In this document: piece after piece, positions 49,846-62,900 of the stretch
Numbering within the stretch: the first letter of the stretch is position 1
Layout of the letters: every line of letters begins with the position of its first letter
Assembly: GCF_035594765.1 (NCBI RefSeq)
Contig: NC_085842.1
Span: 83,738,782-83,802,781 of the forward strand
Direction: 5' to 3'
DNA from: Anolis carolinensis
Lineage: Eukaryota
Length of the DNA stretch: 64,000 nt
Program-made: the position numbers and the translations under genes
The notes under the pieces: model-generated
Databases searched by the model: none
What the model was told of the DNA's origin: nothing
Seen by the model: only the letters and a program-made list of their open reading frames with translations

Positions 49846-50649
49846 GCACTGAAAAACAAATTCATGGCTGAGGAGATATTTAAACTCCTAGCTCACAGCT
49901 CACATCCTTAATTTGGCTCTTTGGGACACTTTTTCATTTTAATGGTATATTACAGGTAGCAACGTTTCCAGGAACACATTGCCTTTGATGGATAACAAGG
50001 CTTTAAAAAGACTTTAAAAATATAACATGTTACTGAGGTATTTTTTTTACTTATTACTTATATAATAAAAATAACATTTAACATTGGCACTGTACAAGTT
50101 TCTAAAAACAACCAATGCTAATGTGTTAGGGTTGAACTTGCTTAAAGAGTGTTCCAGGCTCTGTGCTCGTTAAAAGCTTAACTCATGGGAATTAATTCCA
50201 AAGCAATAATGCTAGGCATTCAATAGTCTTGCTGCAAGTCCACTATCAAGTGAAAAAAATAGCAGATGTAGTCTTTCAGCTTGAAGATGTATGGAGGCAT
50301 GGCTCTTTATCCTGTTGTGATCCAGAAATGTGGCAATTCTGCTGACATTGTCCTGTACTGGAAAGCATCTCACTTTGGGTCATGCCTCGTGACGCAGAAT
50401 TTGCTTAGCCAGAACATTGGTGTAAAAAATGAATTATGTCAAAGGAAAATCCCAGAAAGAGGGTACTGAAGGCATAAACTCAAATGTCATGCCTGAGCAG
50501 GGTCATTTCCAACGCAGGAAGGAAAGGAAAGTTGCTGGCACACCTGGCTGCCCAAAGTCAGAAGCCAAATTTACAGTCATTGTGTGAAGCCTAGCATTGA
50601 AATGGCTGATTTACTCACAGGTTGGATATGCAATGAAGTAATCCCACTC

Positions 50650-50967
50650 CCCCGGTGCCCCTGATGGCACAGTGGGTTAAGCTGCTGAGCTGGTGAACTT
50701 GCTAACAGATAGGTCGGCGGTTCAAATCTGGGGAGCGGGGTGACCCCCCCCCCACCCCCGCTGTTAGCTCCAGCTTTTGCAGTTCGAAAACATGCAAATG
50801 TGAGTAGATAAATAGGTACCACTTCAGTGAGAAGGTAATGGCGCTCCATGCAGTCATGCTGGCCACATGACCTTGGAGATGTCTTCGGCTTAAAAATGGA
50901 GATGAGAACCAACCCCCAGAGTCGGACATGACTAGACTTCATGTCAGGGGAAAAACGTTACCTTTAT
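50650..50967 (+). mobile_element. Sauria SINE
   Basis: Body match; TSD TAATCCCACTC at 50639-50649 and 50968-50978. Confidence 0.9.
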
Positions 50968-51412
50968 TAATCCCACTCTACCAACCATGATCTTATTTCT
51001 AGCCTGCAAAGTACTTGATTGTATGCCAGCCAAAGTCACATTTTTTCTTTGGGCAATGGCAGTCCTCAGCTGACCAAATCCTAGGAGCTCTTGTTTTATA
51101 GGATTTTTAGCCTTCTCTGCCAAAGACTGCTGGTGCCTCACCGAACTACAACTCCAAGATTCAATAGCATTAAGCGGTGACAATTAAAGTGCTGTCAAAT
51201 TGCATTAATCCTACAGCGTAGATGCAATGTCAGAAAAACTGTGTGATGCTTTGGTTCCTGGAGGAATTGGGCTAAAGCCCCTCTACACACTTTTGACCTT
51301 ACAAACATAGTGGGGACTGAATGTACAGATAAGAGGCTTTCACAACTGGTTGCAAAGGCCAGTGAACATGAAAGAATGCCCAAAAAAAGAGGGTAGATCT
51401 ATTGGATCAGAA

Positions 51413-51509
51413 CAGCAGTTCTCAACCTGTGGATCCCCAGGTCCCAGAAATCCCAACCTGTTGAAACGGGACTTGAAACATCTGGGGACCCATAGGTTGA
51501 GAACCAGTG
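51413..51509. mobile_element. hAT MITE, internally deleted
   Basis: Same TIR family as 22016-22150; TSD GATCAGAA/GATTAGAA. Confidence 0.75.
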
Positions 51510-52747
51510 GATTAGAAGATGCTGATTGGAAGAAGTTCAAGAAGTTTTGAGAAAATACAAAAAAGGCATAAAAAGTCAGGGTAGCGGCAGGAGGGGAGTC
51601 TTTTGCTCTTTTGCACGTATTTAAAGTGGAGCGGCAAGTCCTGATTTGGACAAATCCATAACTGCATGAACTTTTTTCCTGGGCCCTCGATTGGGACAGT
51701 GGGCTCAGGGTGATACACTGTGATATCCCCCAGTAACATTAGGAATGTGCAGGCATAACAAATCACAGCAGCCTAAGCTGTTAAGGGGGCAGTCTTAAAT
51801 AACACAATAGAGGCACTGAATGCCGATAGGTCTGGTCGGACTATTGTCATTCAAGGCCCAGGCCAGCAGCCTTTTCTCTTCACTTCTAAAACAATACAAT
51901 GCCAACTAGACACACTCTCTGGGGATTTATGGATGTGCAGCAAAAAAGTAGCCCAGCTTCAGGGTTGAACCAAATCCAACCAGTTGGTATCTTGCCCCTC
52001 AAGATCTGCTTTTCTTCCTGATTGGGAAGAATGTGCCAATTGCAAGCAATGGCAAAATCCTGTGATAGTGGCACGCCTGTTGCCAAAGCTGGAGGAGCTG
52101 AACCCCTCCAGGGAGGAGGCGAGCACATTCCTGGGAAGGAGACTCTCTTCACCAGACAATGGCCATTCAGTGAAAAGGCACAACCCAACACTGCTCCTGC
52201 TGCAGACGCTTATCCGGAGTCTATAATCAGATGAATACTCCAAGGGATTCCAGGCTCTGGACATAACAATGGCTTTGTGCCTTGATAATAGAGCCGGGGC
52301 TCCCAAGGCAAGCCTTATACCAATTGCCACTGAGAGACACTGGAGAGAGGAGGCTGGCAAGATAGGGGCTGAAGGCATTGTCTTATGACAGAGTTGCCCC
52401 ATCCTTAAAGTTGCTTCCTACACATAGAATGCATCTACACTGTAAAAATAATACAGGTTGACTCTGCTTTAACTACCATGACTCAATGCTATACAATCAT
52501 GGCAGTTGGAGATTCACAAGACCTTTAGCCTTATCTGCCCAAGAGTACTGGTGCCTCACTAAATGACAAATCCCAGGATTCCATAGCATTGAATCATAGT
52601 AGTTACAGTGGTATCCAACTGCATTAAATGTAGACGCAACCGAAATCAACATTACAGATATGGCGAATGTATATGAAACTCTCCAGGCACTCTACATGTG
52701 CTTTCTATCATGACTGTCATGCCTCTTAATTGTGTCCTAATGGAACA

Positions 52748-53033
52748 ACTCTGGGGGTTGGTGCTCATCTCCAAATCTAAGTCGAAGAGCCAGCATTGTC
52801 CATAGACACCTGCAAGATCATGTGGCTGGCATGACTGCATGGAGTGCCATTATCTTCCCACAGGAGCGGGACCTATTGATCTACTCACATTTACATGTTT
52901 TCGAACTGCTAGGTTGGCAGAAGCTGGGGCTAACAGTGGGAGCTTACCCCGCTCCCCAGATTCGAACTGCCAAGCTTTCGGTCAGCAAGTCCAGCAGCTC
53001 AGCGGTTTAACCCACAGTGCCACCAGGGGCTCC
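52748..53033 (-). mobile_element. Sauria SINE, tail missing
   Basis: Reverse complement of the 42434 family. Confidence 0.88.
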
Positions 53034-53114
53034 TAGATCTGCTATAGGGAATACATAATGGAATACATTTTAAGGGAAGTGCACTCTGGACATGCTAGGA
53101 AACTTTTCCTTCTT

Positions 53115-53432
53115 ATGTGTTGTTGAAGGTTTTCATGGCCAGAATAATTGGGTTGTTGTGAGTTTTCTGGGTTTTATGGCGATGTTTCAGAAGCATTCTC
53201 TCCTGGCGTTTTGCCCACATCTATGGCCAGCATCCTAAGAAATTGTGAGGTGTTGGAAACTAGGCTAGTGAGGTTTATATATCTGTGGAATGTCCAGGAT
53301 GGGAGAAAGAACTCTTGTCTGTCGAGGCTGGTGTGAATGTTTCAACTGGCCACCTTGATTAGCATTGAATAGCCTTTCAGCTTCAAGGTCTGGCTGCGTA
53401 CTGCCTGGGGGAATCCTTTGTTGGGAAGTGTT
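53115..53432 (-). mobile_element. Penelope-like fragment
   Basis: Reverse complement of 48590-48895. Confidence 0.8.
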
Positions 53433-53605
53433 GGAAGTGGCTGAGCTGGGCGATTTGTAGGTAAAATGAAGAAAACTCAACGATTCTCACTCAAAAAGAG
53501 CCATTGCCACTAGTCCATATATCGTCTCTTTTTGCAGCCGCCTTTGCAGGAATACATTTTAAGGGAAGTGTACTCTGGACATCCTAGGAAACTTTTCCCT
53601 CCTGT

Positions 53606-53717
53606 ATGTTGATGAAGGCTTTCATGGCCAGAATCACTGGGTTGCTGTCAGTTTTCCGGGTTGTATGGCCATGTTCCAGAAGCATTCTTTCCTGACGTTT
53701 CGCAATCGCAGGCATCT
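53606..53717 (-). mobile_element. Penelope-like 3' fragment
   Basis: Second copy, sharing its flank with the 53115 copy. Confidence 0.75.
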
Positions 53718-53874
53718 TTTCTCCTACTCATCCTCTCCTCCATCCCAGTGGTCCTTTTTCTTTTCTTTTCTGTGATTCATATGTTATTTGAGTGATTATA
53801 TTGTTTCTGTTTATGTGATTGTTTTAGTCAATTGTTATGTTTTTTCTTCTTTTTGTATTCTTATAGCGTTTTAT

Positions 53875-54096
53875 CTCCTGCCAACCTAGCAGTTCGAAAA
53901 CATGCAAACGTGAGTAGATCAATAGGTACCGCTCCGGCGAGAAGGTAACGGCGCTCCATGCAGTCATGCCAGCCACATGACTTTGGAGGTGTCTACGGAC
54001 AACACCGGCTCTTCGGCTTAGAAATGGAGATGAGCACCAACCCCCAGAGTCGGTCACGACTGGACTTAAAATCAGGGGAAAACATTTACCTTTACT
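53875..54096 (+). mobile_element. 5'-truncated Sauria SINE
   Basis: Body and tail match. Confidence 0.88.
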
Positions 54097-54569
54097 TAAT
54101 CGTAATAAAACTTTATTTATATCCCGTTTCTTTATATCTTTATATCTCAAGCAGATATTGACAGGTCTGAACCCGGGGGGCGGGTGGGTCAGGGGTTCAA
54201 CCCCCCCCCCCCCCAAATTTTCTGGCTACGGCCCTGGTGTTGGATAAGTGAGACTCTACTGTACTTACTTTACTTCGTTCTCCCAGATGCCGAAAAACGT
54301 TCGTGTCTCTTTAAGAGGCAAGCCATACGGCGTTCCATTGAAAAAGAGATCTGTCGGGATGTACCAAAAGGACGCGTATGGAGGGGGGGAATACATGGAG
54401 AGGAGGCTGCAGTGGAAACACGGAAAGAACCATGTTTGCAAACGAGGGAAAGAAGTATCGAAGTCCTTTCCCAACCAGCACAAAGAGTTGCCACAGAAGA
54501 GCCCTGGCACCGTTTGGCCACCCCTCTCCTGAAACCGGGGTGAGCTGGTCCTTTTAAAGGAAAAGCTGA

Positions 54570-54697
54570 CTAAGGCGGCGGAGGGGGGAAGAGGGCGGGC
54601 GGCGTGAGGCGCATGTGCCCTTTAAGAAGGGGCAGCTCCGTCCCCGGGAGGCTCTTGTACTTAAGCTGGCAAGGCGGGGGGCGAGTTCAGGGTCCAG
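54570..54697 (+). promoter_or_regulatory. HYAL2: Probable HYAL2 promoter and non-coding first exon
   Basis: Local CpG-rich patch, GC boxes (GGGCGG 54594-54599), TTTAAGAA at 54621, consensus donor CAG|GTGAGT at 54697/54698; next strong acceptor at 58982. Confidence 0.55.
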
Positions 54698-54980
54698 GTG
54701 AGTTGTTGCTGGAGGGAAGGAAGGAGGGCTCTGATCTACTTGGCTTTCTCCCTTGCCTTTCTTTCCGCGATTGGGGGGAAATGGAGAGGCGGATCGGAGA
54801 GTTTGCCTGGCAGAGGAGCCCCTGAAGTTAAGGAAGGCGCCGGGGAAGAAGGAGGTGGGTTTGGAAGGAGAGAGAGGGGGAAAAAGGGGGATCCTTGCAT
54901 TGCTTCCAGGCAACCACTTTGGAGAGTGTTCTTCGGAGTCTGGAAGATACCCTTGGAGGTGGAAGCCGTTCATTCTGCAT

Positions 54981-55160
54981 CAAGCACGGGCAAACTTGGG
55001 CCCTCCCTCCAGGGGTTTTGGACTGCAACTCCCACCCTTCCGAACAGCCTCAGGCCCCTTCCTTTCCCCCCTCAGCCGCTTAAGCGGCTGAGGGCGGAAA
55101 GGAAAGGGCCTGAGGCTGTTCGGAAGGGTGGGAGTTGCAGTCCAAAACCCCTGGAGGGAG
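54981..55160. mobile_element. Palindromic hAT-MITE remnant
   Basis: Left end resembles the 722-855 TIR; near-perfect palindrome centred on CCGCTTAAGCGG (55081/55082); right TIR missing. Confidence 0.7.
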
Positions 55161-55702
55161 AGCAGTGTGGCTTCATCAACTTTACAAAGACTCCTGCTAC
55201 CATCTGCTTGCTCTTAGTGGGTTGCTGTGAGTTCTCCCAGCTGTGTCCCAGAAGCATTCTCCCCTGATGTTTTCCCCACATCTATGGCAGGCATCCTCAG
55301 AGGTTGTGAGGTCTGTTGGAAGCTAGGCAAGGAGGGTTTATAGATCTGTGGGAGAAAGAACTCTTGTCTGCTTGAGGTAAGTGTGAATGTTGCAATTAAT
55401 CACCTTGATTAGCATTAATCAAAGCCTGGCTGCTACCTACCTGGGGGAATCCTTTGTTCGGAGGTGTTAGCTGGCCCTGATGGTTTCATGCCTGGAATTC
55501 CCCTCTTTTCGGAGTGTTGTTCATTATTTACTGTCCTAATTTTAGACTGGTTGCCAGATTTTGTTCATTTCCATGGTTTCCTCCCTTTTGTTGAAATAGT
55601 CCACATGCTTGTGGATTTCAATGGCTTCTCTGTGTAGTCTGACATCGTGGTTGTTAGAGTGGTCCAGCATTTCTATATTCTCTGATAATAATAATAATAG
55701 TA

Positions 55703-56006
55703 CAGTAGAGTCCCACTTATCCAACGTTCTGGATTATCCAGCACATTTTTGTAGTCAATGTTTTCTATGCATTGTGATATTTTGGTGCTAAATTTGTAAA
55801 TACAGTAATTACTACATAGCATTAATATGTAATGAACTACTTTTTCTGTCAAATTTGTTGTATAACATGATGTTTTGGTGCTTATTTTGTAAAATCATTA
55901 CCTAATTTGATGTTTAATAGGCTTTTTCTTAATCCTTACTATCCAACATATTTGCTTATCCAACATTCTGTCGGCCCGTTTATGTTCGATAAGTGAGACT
56001 CTACTG
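55703..56006. mobile_element. Tc1/mariner-pogo MITE
   Basis: Same family as 17287-17615, TA flanks. Confidence 0.85.
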
Positions 56007-56018
56007 TAATTGTAATAA

Positions 56019-56346
56019 AGGGCCCCTGGTGGCACAGTGTGTTGAAGCGCTGAGCTGCTGAAATTGCAGACCAAAAGGTCCCAGGTTCAAATCCCGGGAG
56101 CGGAATGAGCGCTCGCTGTTAGCTCCAGCTCCTGCCAACCTAGCAGTTCGAAAACATGCCAATGTGAGCAGATCAATAGGTACCGCTCCGGCGGAAGGTA
56201 ACGGCTCCATGCAGTCATGCCGGCCACATGACCTTGGAAGTGTCTATGGACAACGCCAGCTCTTCGGCTTAGAAATGGAGATGAGCACCAACCCCCAGAG
56301 TCGGTCACAACTGGACTTAATGTCAGGGGAAACTTTTACCTTTACT
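56019..56346 (+). mobile_element. Sauria SINE
   Basis: Full head, body and tail. Confidence 0.9.
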
Positions 56347-59033
56347 TAATCGTAATAAAACTTTATTTATATCCCGTTTCCATTTCCCCGACAGGATTCA
56401 GAGTGGTTCACATGGAGTCCAAGCCCAATCAACAGATAAAACAATACAACAGCATATATAATTAAAACAATAATGGTAAAATAACATTAATAAAGTATAT
56501 ACTGAGCATCAGGATTAAAGGATGGGGCTATTAAGAAATTACAGGGAAGGCAGGCATGTGCAAAAATTCAGGAATAGGGTAAAGTGCTGAGGGTTAGGGC
56601 AGTAAATAGTTAAGACTGGATGGTGATAAAAACCTACTGTTCGAAAGCATGTTAAAACATCCAAGTCTTCAAATTTTGCGGAATGTGGCCAGGGTAGGTG
56701 CTAATCTAATCTCCCTAGGATTATATTCTGTGTCCAGGATGGTTCATCAAGTGCTCTGCTATGGCTGACTTCTCACATTGAGTTAGTCTGCAGTGCCTTT
56801 CATGCTCCTTGATTAATAAATAAAGAACAACGCTCTGAAAATGGGAATTCCAGACGTGAAACAATCAGGGGCAGCTAACACATCCCAACATAGAATTCCT
56901 CCAGGCAGGAATCAGCCAGGCCTTGTAAGTCTTTTCAATGTTAATCAATGGAATTAATTGCAACATTCACACTTGCCTCCAACAGACAATAGTTCTTTCT
57001 CCCACCCTGGACATTCCACAGAAATATAAACTCCACTTGCCTAGTTTCCAACAAAACTCACAATCTCTGAGGATGCCAGCCATAGATGTGGGCGAAACGC
57101 TAGGAGAGAATGCTTCTGGAACATGGCCATACAGCCCGGAAAACTCACAGCAACCCAGCTTCTGCTACCATATTTTTGCTCTTAGTTGGTATCAAAGGTA
57201 CTACAAGATCTCTTTGCATATTGATTTTCCAAACTCAGTCATTGAATGCTATTCGTGGGTCTTTGTTAGTTCTGGCCGAGACGCACTCAAATGCCTTTTG
57301 ATATGGGATTCTTTTTCCAACTTCTTTCCCCTTCTCCATTCAGAAAGAGTGTTGATTCCAAAAAAGAGGTTGAGAAACATGGCAAGTTGATGTCCAAGTT
57401 ATTGGTGTCTGTGAAGTTTTAGAACAAAGGATGAGTTTGGGAAGCAGATCTTGATGCGGGTAGCTATGCCTGTTTTTCCATTGGTGTGTGTGTGTGTATG
57501 TGTTTTACTCAGTTTAAGTCAGCCAGGAATCATTTTAAAGCGTGCAAGCTTTAAAAGGAAAGCCTTCAGTTTATGTGCAATGCATCCTATTTCCAAGAAA
57601 CTGCAATACTATTCTTTAAAATTGCTCCAGTTTCCAAGAACCGTCAAAACAAATATCTGTCAGAGTAAAAAAGGGAGGCCGCTCTTTCCATGCTTGGTTC
57701 CCTTAATGAAAAACTTCCTCTGCCAGGGTCACAGTGGGCTCACATTTCTGTTTACGTTTCCCTTTACCTACTGAAGTCAATGGAGCTTCTATGAGATCTG
57801 GGTTCTTGTATCTTTTCTCCTCCTGGGTCCATGAATTTGTCTAGGATTATGTTGATGATGGATTGGAGGGGGAAAGGAGGAAAGCAAGGAAGAGAGATGG
57901 AAGAATGTATTATTGGGTTGTTTTTTTTTACTAGCTGCCCTTCCTAGGAAGCACCTCTGTCTTGCTGGCACACTGGAAGCCCTTAAACAAACACACTACT
58001 TTTCCAGACACGCGTCGCTGCATGCTGATTCTTGAGGCTCTGGAGAGAGAGTAGGGTGGAATAAATTCCCTGCTCTCTCCAGTCCCCATGACACCTTCTG
58101 CCAGGCTGTCTGCAAACTGTTCCTAGACGCAGGCTTGAGAGTGGGTTACTGCAGGTCACGGGCCAAGCTCTAGGGTGGGGGATGGTGGGCATCTTGTGTA
58201 TTGGGATATCACAGTGCAAAGAAAAAACCTTGAGGCAGAAAAGTCAACAGTGAGGAAGAACGCATTGCCTAGTTTACATTAAGCACTTTATATCAGACTG
58301 GGCCAGTGTTCTGGTTTTTTTGCTTGGCATTTGCCAGCTTCCAAACTGTAATTCTAGGATTTATGTCCCCTCCTGAGTGGGATAAAAACGAGAGTGGTAG
58401 AGAGGAAGTGTTATTGATGCAAAAGGAGAGACACTAGTGCGCGTTGAATTTTTCAAGGAAGCATTCAGAATGGTCAGCTTTACAAAGTATGAACCTATCA
58501 TTCCAAGAAGGACAGTGGCTTTTCCTTTTTGTAGTACTATCGTACCACACTGAGGCCACAGCTACACAGTTTCAGGCATGTACTGAAGGAAGTGTTTTTA
58601 TTGTGCAGATGATTACATAGGAAATCCTGGAACCATTTTGCAGCCTGGGTGATGATGACACAAACCACAGAGTACTGATGTACATTAAGGGCTTTCTTTC
58701 GCACACTTTTGATGGAGTTTGTTGGTTGGCCACCACAATTTGAAATTAGTTTTGAACTGCATTAACTAGTCAATGTAGATGTGGTCTGAGTTTGGAAAGT
58801 AAGTAGGGATAGGACTGGTTAGTACCTGGACTAGGAGACCATGAGGGAGCTCCAAGCAGGGCTAAAAAGGAGTCATTGCTGCCAGTCAAAGTTGACCAGA
58901 TTGATTGTGGGTTGGTCTATTCAGTCCCAGAAGTTATTTCATGTATCCTCACTGCCTCCTGCTGTTTTCCTCACCTTTGCAGGCCTTGTTCTGCCTGTGA
59001 TCTGCCAGCTTGTGTTCAAACAACTTGGAGAGG

Positions 59034-59963
59034 ATGCAGGGAGGCACAGTACTGGCAGCAGCATGGCTCATGTTCCTGGCTGTAGCCGGTGCCCTGGCTG
59101 GGCAGAAGCCGGCGTTCACCCCTATCTTTACTCGCAGGCCCTTCATTGTGGCCTGGAATGTGCCATCTCAGGATTGCCAACCTCGTTTCAAGGTCCAGCT
59201 AGACTTCAGTATCTTTGACTTGCAGGCCTCGCCCAATGAGGGCTTTGTAGACCAGAACCTGACTATTTTCTATAAAGAGCGCTTAGGACTCTACCCCTAC
59301 TACAATGCCCAGAAAGTGGCAGTGAATGGGGGTGTTCCTCAGAACAGCAGCCTGGAGGAGCACCTAGCCCGCTTAGCGGTCAGCATTTCTAGGTACATCC
59401 GCTCTGAAATAAAGGAGGGGCTGGCTGTCATTGACTGGGAAGAGTGGAGACCCATCTGGATCCGGAACTGGCAGCCAAAAGACATCTACCGTATTGCTTC
59501 CCGTCAGCTTGTGCTATCTCGGCATGTTGAATTGTCAGAGGACCAAGTAAAAAAGAAAGCTCAGTATGAATTCGAGTCATCAGCTTCTTCCTTTATGAAG
59601 GAGACCCTGAGAGTTGCCAAGAGCTTCCGTCCCCAACAGCTGTGGGGTTACTACCTTTTCCCCGACTGCTACAACCACGATTACAGCAAGAACTTGGACA
59701 GTTACACCGGTCATTGCCCGGATGTGGAGAAGACACGCAATGACCACCTAGCCTGGCTTTGGAAGGAGAGTACAGCTCTCTACCCTTCCATATATTTGGA
59801 GGAAGTATTGGCCAACTCCATAAACGGACGCAAGTTTGTCAGGTCTCGGGTTCAAGAGGCCCTGCGGATCTCTCGGCAACATCATGATGACTATGACCTG
59901 CCTGTCTTTGTCTACACCAGACCCACCTATAATCGCAGACAAAATCTCACCTACCTAAGTGAG
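59034..59963 (+). CDS. HYAL2: Hyaluronidase-2 (GH56), first coding exon, 310 codons; exon starts at 58983
   Basis: Signal peptide; PIFTRRPFIVAWNVP, QASPNEGFVDQN, catalytic DWEEWRP, WGYYLFPDCYNHDY; acceptor at 58981-58982; donor GAG|GTAAGA at 59963/59964; synteny with TUSC2. Later exons not found in the window. Confidence 0.93.
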
Positions 59964-62900
59964 GTAAGAAGGTCTTTTTCATTAGAATTGGGAAAGATTG
60001 GCTACCAGAAGGGATTGGATATCTGGTTTGATTAAAGCTGTAACAATCTTGTAACAAACCAGCTAACAGAGTTTTGGAAAGTTACTATTTTGGACTACAG
60101 GTTCCAGAACGGAGGATGCGGACCAGAATGTTAACTTTTCTATGCTGTTTCTCAGCCATGTAAGATGATAAATGAGGAACTGCCTTCCTGATGCTGGAAA
60201 ATGGGAGCAGGGTAGGAGTCTAGTTGGCCACAGTCCTGATGGCCCACTTTCAACACCGTGGGTTGCACATTGTGAAAGCCTGTTGGCATAATATCTAAAG
60301 CATTCTGAAACTTGCGGTTCTAATGAACTGTTCTTGAACAGGCCGCCTTCCCTGCCAACACTTTGTTGGTCAGTACCAGACCACACAGAAAATACTTGTA
60401 GTTTACTGCCTACACAGTGTCAATAGTCCCTCCTGGCAGGAGAGTGAATTCATCAAAACCTTTGTTTTTTCAGACTTGGAAACATGGAAGCATGTACTGT
60501 TGGCTTCTGGAAACTTAAGTTGTATGTGAAGATGGGCTGAAGGAGTCAGCTGCTCCTGTCTGTCATTCATCCGTTCTGCTTGATTCTGGCAACACTGATG
60601 TGGAAGAATGATAATATTAATGGTGTCTTCACTTTCCTAGAAAGAATTAGTCAAGTATATTACTCTTAGGCTAGCCCCCCTTTTTTCAGGGACTGGAGAC
60701 ATATCCAACCGGATGGGACACTTCACTATACAGTGTTAGAAGAATTCAAAGTAGCATGTCAATATTGTTGCTTTAGGTGAGCATAGCTCTGGCTTAGGGA
60801 AACATCTATTGGGTAGAGGATACTTTCTGCTGGTGAAAGAGTTTACAAGTTTGCAGACTTCAGGTTCGGTTTTTGTAGCATCACGGGCTTTACTTTGTGC
60901 AAACCTTTGGTATGTAAACTTGGGCCGAAAACCAATCTGTATTTTGTCTGCTTTCTTGTGAATTGGGGGTAGCTATTACTGTGAGGTGGAACAGAATTGT
61001 ACAGATAGATACACCCAGAGCATGAGTGTAGTAGAGAATAGCCTTTAGGTCAAGATGATGTAGTCATGTGGCCCTCTAGATGTTGTTGAACTGCAACTCC
61101 CAAAATCCCTAACCAGCATAGTCTATGGTGAGGAGTACTTGGGGTTGCAGTCCAAAACCATTTGGTGAGCTGTTTGATCCCTGCTTTGATCAGTAGGTTG
61201 GAATGTCTGGTTTTTTGTTCTTCTGTCTCAAGTCTCACTCCAAGCTGGAGAGACTGTCTGGAAAAATGGCCTTGTGGTTATAAATGAAAGTATTGGGGGC
61301 TAGGAGTTGACCTTTTAGAGGTGTAATGCAGTCTGGGAATTAAAGCATTCTAACTTATGCCTCCTAACTGGGTTTCTGATTAAAAACCCTGTAGGTCAAA
61401 AGTATAGGTGTCTTGTCTTACAGTTCCCATCAGCTTCTCCCAGCATGGCTAATAGTGGGACATCTTGGGGTGTTCATTCTTGCAAGAAAGGCACCCAGTA
61501 GCAGGGAGCAGTCTGCTTTCAAGCCTTTCTGACCCTTCACATCCTACTGAGGTCACTGGGCACTGATACAAGTTTTAGGACTAGGTTTTTTTTCTGTGTT
61601 CCCTTGATGTAACATATGGCTTGTAAGAGAAGGGAGCTGTTGAGAAACAGGTCATCCTTCAAAACTGTCATGCTTTTCCCAGTCTGTCATCTATACTTTC
61701 CTTGGTTTCTGGCCTCTGAAGCAAGCAAAGAGCAGGTTTATAGTGAGCATTTTGGAAAACTATGGCCAGCTGGTGCCTCAAAAATACAGCTCTTGCCCTT
61801 CATGTGGCTTATATTTTTCCCATGGATGGAGTGAATTGTGGTTTTTAGCCCTTCTGCTCAGAAAGCATGTAGATTGCTTAAAAGTAAGCAGTGCAAGTCC
61901 GACACCAATAAATGATCATTTTAGACATTTCCAGGTGAGGGTGACAAACTTTGGGATTCATCGTTCTAGCTAGATGACTTGTTGCTCTTTGCTTGCTCCA
62001 TAGCAAGCACTCATGATAAAAAAAAAACATTGCTTTAACGCCACTCTCTGGCTAAAGGTTTACTCTTTGCAGAGTTTTTTCCCCTCTATCTTGGGATGAA
62101 TTTTTAGTATTCTGAGCTGCATTATTTATCTTGGTCTTCCACTTCTTGTATCACGCAACAGAATATCCTGCTGTCAAGACTGACCAAAAGCATTGATCAT
62201 TTGCATGAAAGTTATGCCAAGGCTAAGACTGTGGTGTTTGGCTAGATTTCCCCCCATGTCTGGGGAGTGTCTCCTTTTAGCTCTTGTGCCTTATTCATAT
62301 CTCACTCAGTTATATTCTGAACTTTGGGAAGAAGAACACCATTCTAGCTTTTCCCATTGATGTACGGTATACTGATTCAGCTGACTGAGCTTTTTTTTGT
62401 TTTAATTCCCATTAGTCTTGCTTCACAGCTAGTAAAAAATACATTTCCCAACTTTAGACGAGTATTTCCCTTCCTTTTCTTTTCCCCTGCCCACGCTCTA
62501 ACAATAATAGAATGATAGTGAAAACAATTGATTTCTACCTTCTGTTTGTTCAACTGGAAGTGGTGCCCTGCCTCCATTTGCGTAAGTTCCATGTAAAACT
62601 TAGAAAAGGTACTTTGTGTACTACAGTTGTTAAAATCGCAAGCCATTCTGGCAGCTGTTGTTCAAAAAGGCAACTTTTTCAATCTTTGGTCAAGATTAAA
62701 ACAGTCCTGGAAAATTGCCTCATTGTCCTTGGATCCTGGGAAATCATTTGCCCCTTGCCAACATTTCATTAAAATTTTGACTGTCATAGAGTCTTGTTGA
62801 GATTTTTCTTTCCTATAGGTTCTGGATGAGCATGTATATACAGAATATGATGGGTTTGGCTTTTAGTGGCCCACTAGCCAGAATCAGCTGTTGGTCAGCC

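Larger units (their letters stand above)
55218..57158. mobile_element. Penelope-like element split by nested insertions
   Basis: Minus-strand part 55218-55685 (HREAIEIHKH endonuclease-region peptide) resumes at about 56720; plus-strand arm at 56815-57158. Confidence 0.7.

Noticed and set aside
59964-60035. C-terminal tail of the 341-aa ORF (VRRSFSLELG...)
   Set aside because: Intron sequence after the GT donor at 59964.
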